Source of the DNA: an uncultured Gammaproteobacteria bacterium
GTDB lineage: Bacteria > Patescibacteriota > Patescibacteriia > UBA9934
NCBI GenBank assembly: GCA_964401485.1
Contig: CAYNYL010000006.1
Span: 4,208-68,207 of the forward strand
Reading direction: 5' to 3'
Length of the DNA stretch: 64,000 nt
Within the stretch, counting starts at the first letter, position 1, and every line of letters begins with the position of its first letter. Positions 57,717 to 64,000 of the stretch are shown piece after piece. The position numbers were made by a program, and so were the translations under genes. The notes beneath the pieces were generated by a model. It was not told the DNA's origin, ran no database searches, and saw nothing but the letters and a program-made list of their open reading frames with translations.

Positions 57717-58585
57717 ACAGCAATCTCAAATTCAATTTTCGGGTGGCATTGATAATTAAGAATCCGCGTATCCGTATAATTCCACGCAAAGATCGACGCG
57801 AAGTTATCCGTTTCGATCGTCGGGAGCGGGAAGGCACTCGCCTCACGAGACAACTGCTCGCGTGCGCCGACAACGTGATTCTCGTAAATATGAACGTCCG
57901 CTAAAAATCCGACGAGTTTTCCTGGGGTAAATCCCGTTTCTTTTGCGAGCAAGTGAAGAAGGAGCGCGTAGCTAGCGATATTAAACGGAAGTCCAAGCAT
58001 CGTATCAACGGACCGCTGATTCCACAAAAGATTAATCTTTCCGTCGATCACCGTTACCTGAAAGCCATAATGACACGGCGGAAGCGCAACCTCTTCGAGC
58101 ACGGACGGATTCCATGCCATTACGATCATCCTACGATCCCGCGGATTCGTCTTTAATTTATGAACGAGCTTCTTTAACTGGTCGACGCCTTTTCCTTCGT
58201 AGTTCGTAAAAAACTGGTCATAAGGCGCGTTATAGTGACGCCACTGAAATCCGTAGATTGGACCAAGCTCGCGCGCCTCTAGCATGCGCTTCTTCGACTC
58301 CTCGTCGTGTCCGTACGGCGCAACCTTTGGGCTCGCCCACTCGTCCCAAATATGGTTGTTGCGATCAATAAGCCATTGTTTATCGGTAATCCCCTTAATA
58401 AAAAACTCGAGTTCGGAAGCGATCAGGCGAAACGGGACTTTCTTTGTCGTGAGGAGCGGAAATCCCTCCGCCATATCATGCTCAAACATCGCTCCAGCCG
58501 TCGTAAACGCCTTAACTCCGGTTCGTGTCTCAACAAGCACCCCCTGATCAAGAATCCGCTTCACAATATCCAAGTAGGCTTTCAT
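57713..58585 (-). CDS. thyA: Thymidylate synthase
   Basis: FPLLTTKK, LGPIYGFQWR, ALPPCH, QRSVD..LGLPFN, HIYENH. Confidence 0.97.
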   Translation of the reverse strand: MKAYLDIVKRILDQGVLVETRTGVKAFTTAGAMFEHDMAEGFPLLTTKKVPFRLIASELEFFIKGITDKQWLIDRNNHIWDEWASPKVAPYGHDEESKKRMLEARELGPIYGFQWRHYNAPYDQFFTNYEGKGVDQLKKLVHKLKTNPRDRRMIVMAWNPSVLEEVALPPCHYGFQVTVIDGKINLLWNQRSVDTMLGLPFNIASYALLLHLLAKETGFTPGKLVGFLADVHIYENHVVGAREQLSREASAFPLPTIETDNFASIFAWNYTDTRILNYQCHPKIEFEIAV

Positions 58586-58681
58586 ATCCCCCAAACCTTA
58601 ACACGCCTATTTCCTTGATTTTAGAGCCCTTGGGGATATCTAATTTTTCAGGGTTCTCTGGCATTGATACCGTGCAGTCGT

Positions 58682-59113
58682 ATGAAGCTTCCGGTTAAGC
58701 GCCTTGTAAAACACGCCGTCCTTCCCGCCTACCAGACCTCGGGGTCGGCCGCCTTTGATTTAGCGATTATTGAAGATATCGCGATTCCGCCTCGAGGGAT
58801 CGTTAAAGTTCGGACAGGGCTTGTTATCCAAACACCACCGGGACATGTGCTTATTTTGGCGTCCCGCTCATCAAACCCGATGAAGAAAGGGATTGATCTT
58901 GCAAATTCGATTGGGGTGATCGATAGCGACTATCGCGGGCCGGAGGACGAGATCCTTCTAGTCCTCGTTAACTTAACGGAGGCGGAAGTGCGACTCGAGA
59001 AAGGTGACCGCGTCGCACAAGGGATGATTATTCCGGTCGTACAGGCGGAGATTACCGAAATCCTCGCGATTGAAGAGCCGTCGCGCGGAGGATTTGGAAC
59101 AACGGGAAGATAG
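58682..59113 (+). CDS. dut: dUTP diphosphatase
   Basis: SAAFDL, SRSS, GVIDSDYRG, RVAQG, RGGFGTTG. Confidence 0.95.
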   Translation: MKLPVKRLVKHAVLPAYQTSGSAAFDLAIIEDIAIPPRGIVKVRTGLVIQTPPGHVLILASRSSNPMKKGIDLANSIGVIDSDYRGPEDEILLVLVNLTEAEVRLEKGDRVAQGMIIPVVQAEITEILAIEEPSRGGFGTTGR

Positions 59114-59114
59114 T

Positions 59115-59822
59115 ATGAAAGGGAAATTTATCATGGTTGACGGAATTACGGGGAGCGGAAAATCGACCGTGTTTCGGTTTATGCAGGAAATGCTCCGGTG
59201 CAACAAAAGCGCCGTGACAAAAGAGTGGTTTAAGGCAAATGGACGACCGCCAAAGATTTCAGACTTTCCGGAGGAGCAAATTCTCTTTACGTGCGAACCA
59301 ACGTATTGGTGGGTTGGCGCGTCGATTCGAGACGAACTCTCGCACCATCCCGACCGCTACTTCGCCCCACTTCTCGCGCAGGCCTTTTCGCTCGATCGCT
59401 ACCTCCAATATCAAACACTGATTATTCCGGCCATCGACGTCGGTAAAACGATTATCCAAGAGCGCGGATTTACGAGTTCCGTGATTATCCAGCCGATAAT
59501 GAAGCATGGGCCGACGCTTGAAGAACTCCTCGCCCTTCCCGGAAATGCCGAGGCGCTCAAGAATCCTCCCGATCACTTCATTTTCCTCGACCTTGACCCA
59601 GACGTTGCCGCCGAACGCCTAAAGCTCCGCGACACCGAAAACAAAGGCGTTTTCGAGCAAACCGAGATCCTCCGCGCAACCGCCGAACGATTCCGCGCCC
59701 CTTGGTTCCGAGAACTTCTTACTTCGCGCGGGACAAAAATCCACACACTCAACGCAAATCAACCGCTCGATATGATTAAAAGCGATCTCTTTGGTATAAT
59801 GAAGGAAATTTTTTCCCTATGA
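59115..59822 (+). CDS. tmk: Thymidylate kinase
   Basis: GKFIMVDGITGSGKST, EP, FSLDR, ER, PDHFIFLD. Confidence 0.85.
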   Translation: MKGKFIMVDGITGSGKSTVFRFMQEMLRCNKSAVTKEWFKANGRPPKISDFPEEQILFTCEPTYWWVGASIRDELSHHPDRYFAPLLAQAFSLDRYLQYQTLIIPAIDVGKTIIQERGFTSSVIIQPIMKHGPTLEELLALPGNAEALKNPPDHFIFLDLDPDVAAERLKLRDTENKGVFEQTEILRATAERFRAPWFRELLTSRGTKIHTLNANQPLDMIKSDLFGIMKEIFSL

Positions 59823-60700
59823 AAACGCTTCCAAGCATTGGTTCGCTCCTTGATCGCTCCTTCGAGCTCTATTTTAAGAATATCCGAACGTTTATTTCGA
59901 TTTCCCTCCTCTATTTCGTGGCTTCCATCCCCTTTATTATCGGTACGGTTCTCGCTCCGGGAAAAGATATCGCCTTCCTGGTTGCTAACGGGCTCGTCTC
60001 TCCTGTCGAAAAAATTGGACTCGCGCTAAATGGGATCACAACGATTGTCACGGTTCTCGTTCTATCCCTCCTCGTAACAATCGGCGTGATAATCGCAAGC
60101 AAGCGCCTTCTTGAAAATAAATCGGCAGACAAAAAAGAGGTTCTTGCCGAAGGAGTAAGAAGCGGGGTAAACGTGATTCTTGTTAAGCTGTACCAATTTT
60201 TCTTAACAATGGTGCCACTTATCGCAATCGCTCCGGGAGGGCTCCTTATAACACTCGCCGTAAACCGTGGCGTTGGCCTCCTCTCGCTCGTTGGAGTATT
60301 CCTGTACTTCTTCGGGCTCATCATTGCCATCGCGGGTATTTTGTATATCGGTGTTCACCTCCAATTCGGTCAATTTCTCACCATCCTTTCAAAGCAAGGT
60401 CCCGTTGAGGCCCTTATCAGTTCACGAAACCTTGTGCGGGGTCGACTCCTTGCAACAATCCTCCGACTCATTGTTCCAAAAACGATTATCTTCACCGGCT
60501 TCTTTATTAGTCAGCTTATTGCTTTCGTTCTTCTCACGATTCTCTTCTTCTACCTCCCGTTTGAATCAACAGATGTCGTCTCAAAAATCGCGGACATTAT
60601 TGCGCACCTTCTTCGAATGGCTCTCCTTGTCATTTGGTTCCCACTCTTTACGGTGACCGATACGATCCTCTTCAATGATCTCGAAGATACTCGATTCTAG
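59819..60700 (+). CDS. Hypothetical polytopic membrane protein
   Basis: About 6 TMs; ALISSRNLVRGR motif. Confidence 0.75.
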   Translation: MKTLPSIGSLLDRSFELYFKNIRTFISISLLYFVASIPFIIGTVLAPGKDIAFLVANGLVSPVEKIGLALNGITTIVTVLVLSLLVTIGVIIASKRLLENKSADKKEVLAEGVRSGVNVILVKLYQFFLTMVPLIAIAPGGLLITLAVNRGVGLLSLVGVFLYFFGLIIAIAGILYIGVHLQFGQFLTILSKQGPVEALISSRNLVRGRLLATILRLIVPKTIIFTGFFISQLIAFVLLTILFFYLPFESTDVVSKIADIIAHLLRMALLVIWFPLFTVTDTILFNDLEDTRF

Positions 60701-61292
60701 GGCGATTCCATTACAAACAATGCTCTTCATCTTTGCATTGGCGTATTTTTATAGTGGCATCAGCTTTTCCCCTTCAATCGCCCTTCCGCTCAAACTACTC
60801 TTCGGTGGCCTCTTTATACTCGGACTCATCGTCGCGCATCTCGTCATTGTACAAGACCTCCGTGTCCCAAGCACAAAAGGAATCCTCCTTGGGCTCCTAA
60901 CCCTTGCCGTCCTCACCGTGTTTATCCTCACGGGCCTTGTCTTTTTCATTGTACCCGGAGTAATTCTCACCCTACTTCTCTTTCCGGTACCAGCCCTCGC
61001 CTCAAGCTCCAAACTCACGCCCGCAAAGGCGACAATCGTGCAACTTCGAACACTGAAGGGTGCGCTCATCTCAACCATTGCTAGACGCTCCCTCCTCTTT
61101 GCCGGCATCGCCCTTGGCTTCATTCTATTTTTCACCTCAGCCCTCCTCCTTCTTGCCCACGGGAATATCCCCTCGGCCTTTCTTGCCATTTCCCGTCCAT
61201 CAATGATCCACGAATTTATAGGCCTTTTTTACACAATTCTTCTTCTCCCATTCTATTCGGATTACGTCCGAAAAATCTTGCGAAACTCGTAG
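60675..61292 (+). CDS. Hypothetical membrane protein (start uncertain)
   Basis: Hydrophobic ORF with FFIVPGVIL; fills the gap before gatB. Confidence 0.6.
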   Translation: MISKILDSRAIPLQTMLFIFALAYFYSGISFSPSIALPLKLLFGGLFILGLIVAHLVIVQDLRVPSTKGILLGLLTLAVLTVFILTGLVFFIVPGVILTLLLFPVPALASSSKLTPAKATIVQLRTLKGALISTIARRSLLFAGIALGFILFFTSALLLLAHGNIPSAFLAISRPSMIHEFIGLFYTILLLPFYSDYVRKILRNS

Positions 61293-61315
61293 AATTGCGG
61301 TACAGTCGGGTCATT

Positions 61316-62788
61316 ATGCGACTCTCTCCTGTTATCGGGCTCGAAACCCATATTCAGCTCAAAACCAAGAGCAAACTCTTCTCTGGCGCTCAAAACGCCG
61401 TAGATGACGCAGAACCAAATGCGCACATTAGCGCGATTGATCTTGGACATCCAGGAACCCTTCCTGTACCAAACGCACAGGCGATCGAATGGGCGGTACG
61501 TCTTAGCCTTGCACTCAACGGAGAAATCGCAACGATTTCGAAATTCGATCGAAAGCACTACTTTTACCCTGACCTTCCAAAGGCCTACCAGATTTCCCAG
61601 TTCGACGCCCCAATCATGCAAAATGGGTGGCTCGAAATTGACGTACCTGGCCATACCAATCCGGTAAAAATCCGAATTGAGCGACTCCATCTTGAAGAAG
61701 ACGCCGCCAAAAACATCCACGGTGCGGACGGAAAGAGTTACGTCGATTATAATCGCGCTGGCGCCCCACTTTGCGAAATCGTCACAAAGCCTGACTTTAG
61801 AAATTCCGCGGAAGCAAAAGCCTACCTCCAAGAGCTTCGACTTATTGCACGAACGCTCGGAGTTTCGGATGCGGATATGGAAAAGGGTCAGCTTCGTTGC
61901 GACGTCAACATTTCATTGCGCGAAGTAGACGAGAACGGCGTACCGGTAAGCGATGTACTCCACCCAAAAACAGAGATCAAGAACGTTAACTCGTTCCGCA
62001 ACGTTGAACGCGCGATCGAGTATGAAATTAAGCGACAGACCGAACTTTGGGAAAAGGGTGCGATCCCTTCCGTAACAACGACTCGCGGATGGAATGATGA
62101 AAAGCAAGCAACGGAACTCCAACGTGAAAAAGAGGGTTCCGCAGACTACCGTTATTTCCCTGAACCAGACATTCCACCAATGGATCTTCGCGAACTTGAA
62201 CGCGATCTTAAGCGCACCCTTCCGGAGCTCCCTCGCGCAAAACGAGAACGATTTGTTACGGAGTACGGGCTTAAACCGGAAGATGCGAAACAATTTGTCG
62301 ACGAACCAGCTCTTGCGACATTTGTTGAGCGCGTCTATTCAGAGCTTCAAACCTACGAGAAAAATGATGCCTATACAAAACTTGTTCCAAGTTGGATTTT
62401 AAACAAACTCCAGGGGCTTCTCGCAGATCGAGGCGCAAGCGTCGAAACAATGAAGCTCACGCCGGAAAACTTCGCCGAATTTCTCTCTCTCCTTGCAACC
62501 GGAGCAATCACTGGGCCAACTGGTCTAAAAGTACTTGAGAAAATGCTCGAGGACGGATCGGATCCAAGCCACGTTGTTGAATCCCTCGGCGCGAAACGTA
62601 TCGATAGCGTAGACGCGCTCGAGTCCGTAATTGACGGAGTCCTTGCGGAAAACCCGAAAGAAGTTGAACGCTACAAGGCAGGCGAGAAGAAACTCCTCCA
62701 ATTCTTCCTTGGCCAAGTAATGAAAGAAACGCGCGGGAACGCCGATCCGGAACTCACGGCAAAACTCCTCTCCGACAGACTCGCCTAA
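61316..62788 (+). CDS. gatB: Asp/Glu-tRNA amidotransferase subunit B
   Basis: IGLETHIQL, FDRKHYFYPDLPK, HLEEDA, RCDVNIS, DYRYFPEPD. Confidence 0.98.
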   Translation: MRLSPVIGLETHIQLKTKSKLFSGAQNAVDDAEPNAHISAIDLGHPGTLPVPNAQAIEWAVRLSLALNGEIATISKFDRKHYFYPDLPKAYQISQFDAPIMQNGWLEIDVPGHTNPVKIRIERLHLEEDAAKNIHGADGKSYVDYNRAGAPLCEIVTKPDFRNSAEAKAYLQELRLIARTLGVSDADMEKGQLRCDVNISLREVDENGVPVSDVLHPKTEIKNVNSFRNVERAIEYEIKRQTELWEKGAIPSVTTTRGWNDEKQATELQREKEGSADYRYFPEPDIPPMDLRELERDLKRTLPELPRAKRERFVTEYGLKPEDAKQFVDEPALATFVERVYSELQTYEKNDAYTKLVPSWILNKLQGLLADRGASVETMKLTPENFAEFLSLLATGAITGPTGLKVLEKMLEDGSDPSHVVESLGAKRIDSVDALESVIDGVLAENPKEVERYKAGEKKLLQFFLGQVMKETRGNADPELTAKLLSDRLA

Positions 62789-62794
62789 ATTGAC

Positions 62795-62836
62795 AAAGAG
62801 CGTACCTATGGCATAGTGGCTATAGATACGCTCTTT
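62795..62836. repeat. 18-bp imperfect inverted repeat after gatB (terminator and/or operator)
   Basis: AAAGAGCGTACCTATGGC-N6-GCTATAGATACGCTCTTT; overlaps TTGACA at 62790-62795. Confidence 0.7.
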
Positions 62837-62981
62837 TGTTTTGGGGGTGGTCTTCCCGCATCAAGCGAGGGGAATCGAGGAGAGGAAGATAGCGCATACG
62901 CCTGTTGCAAAGAAGGCCACCCCTATCACATTTGTTCTATCCCGTTTGCCCGCCAGCCTCTGCTGTGCGGGCTATTCTTTT
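62824..62981 (+). ncRNA. Candidate structured small RNA
   Basis: Upstream TTGACA..CATAGT; long-range stem GGGGTGGTCTTC (62844-62855) / GAAGGCCACCCC (62912-62923); terminator hairpin 62948-62972 with T-rich tail. Confidence 0.4.
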
Positions 62982-63682
62982 AGAAAATCGGTTGCGAGAG
63001 CGATTGCTTCTTGCGTTCCGGCCACAACCTTGGCGTCCCCGTGATGTCGCCACCAAGTCCACTGACGCTTCGCGTAATGCCTCGAATCGCGCTTCATTTG
63101 TCGCACCGCTTCGTCAAATGGAATCTCGCCTCGAATATAGCGCACAAACTGCCGGTAACCGATACCCGTCATGCTTGGGATATCCGATCCGTATGCCTCA
63201 TACACTCGTCGCACCTCTTCTTCGAATCCCGACGCAATCATCGCGTCAACGCGCTCGTCTACGCGTGCGTATAGCGTCTCACGCTCCATTCCAGTCATAA
63301 GCGTCAACACCTCGTATTTTTTCTCTCCAACAGATTTCGTTGCGAAATCGTAATTATCGGTTAACGCTGACAAGTAGAGTCCCGTCCCCCCAACGACGAT
63401 CGGGACATGACCACGCGCCACAATCTCCTCAATCGTCCGTTCAGCAAACTGCTTAAAATCAAATACGGTCCAAGGTTCGTTTGGAAGCACCAAATCAAGG
63501 CCATGGTGTGGAACATCTCCCTGCTCGTCCTTTGTTACCTTAGCAGTCCCGATATCCATCCCCCTGTAGACGGTGCGCGAATCCGCAACAACAATTTCAC
63601 CGCCGACAGCTCTCGCGAGCTCGATCGAAAGCGCCGTCTTTCCACTTCCCGTAACTCCCGCAATTACAATAATCTTCTGCAT
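62972..63682 (-). CDS. miaA: tRNA dimethylallyltransferase (short form)
   Basis: GVTGSGKT, ADSRTVYRGMDIGTAK, VGGTGLY, GIGYRQ, YAKRQWTW. Confidence 0.95.
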   Translation of the reverse strand: MQKIIVIAGVTGSGKTALSIELARAVGGEIVVADSRTVYRGMDIGTAKVTKDEQGDVPHHGLDLVLPNEPWTVFDFKQFAERTIEEIVARGHVPIVVGGTGLYLSALTDNYDFATKSVGEKKYEVLTLMTGMERETLYARVDERVDAMIASGFEEEVRRVYEAYGSDIPSMTGIGYRQFVRYIRGEIPFDEAVRQMKRDSRHYAKRQWTWWRHHGDAKVVAGTQEAIALATDFLKE

Positions 63683-63703
63683 ACACGTTGCTCTTTTTTC
63701 GAG

Positions 63704-64000
63704 CTACGCGTGCTTCACTTCATCAAGAAGCTTCTCTTGAGAAACAATTCGCTCCTCTCCGCCAAACACCGTGATTCGTAGTGGCTCACCAGCAATCTCT
63801 TTTTCTCCAATGACAATGCTCCAAGGAATCTTTGCCATCGCCGAATTTCGAATCTTCTTTCCAACACCTTCGTTTGACGCATCTACCGTTGCACGAATTC
63901 CCGCCTCTTCAAGCTTCGCGAGTAGACCCTTCGCAAATCCCTCAAACTGATCGGAGACCGTGATAAGACGAATCTGCTCCGGCGCAAGCCAAAATGGGAA
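63704..64000 (-). CDS. thrS: Threonine--tRNA ligase, C-terminal anticodon-binding domain (partial)
   Basis: Manual translation FPFWLAPEQIRLI...VGKKIRNS...KIPWSIVIGEKE, ending at TAG 63704-63706. Confidence 0.88.
   Translation of the reverse strand, partial: FPFWLAPEQIRLITVSDQFEGFAKGLLAKLEEAGIRATVDASNEGVGKKIRNSAMAKIPWSIVIGEKEIAGEPLRITVFGGEERIVSQEKLLDEVKHA

Overview
Chromosomal window of a compact, Shine-Dalgarno-poor bacterium. Gene content and style (DUF5667, DUF3048, stop-T-ATG coupling, both uL1 and bL9 present) fit Patescibacteria/CPR, probably the ABY1/Uhrbacteria-like group; this is an inference. Housekeeping genes: mraY, rpmA, alr, pyrG, rplI, rpmE-prfA-prmC, rplY, rodA, gyrB, secE-nusG, rplK-rplA, gatB, miaA, thrS. 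Accessory content: (1) an AT-rich restriction-modification pair in which a complete LexA repressor is fused in frame to a C5-cytosine methyltransferase, facing a PD-(D/E)xK nuclease; (2) a ~25 kb surface locus with rfbBCD, GT2/GT4/GT-C glycosyltransferases, three secreted proteins sharing one unnamed ~125-145 aa domain (including a ~1400-aa S-layer candidate) and an ECF sigma/anti-sigma pair; (3) two very GC-rich, SD-led MopE-type Cys/Asp repeat lipoproteins that look foreign; (4) a six-gene thymidylate cluster whose Dcd homologue lacks the catalytic glutamate; (5) a candidate ~155-nt structured RNA between gatB and miaA. I saw no rRNA, tRNA, CRISPR array, integrase or transposase. All family calls come from motif recognition by eye, and GC statements are visual, not computed.
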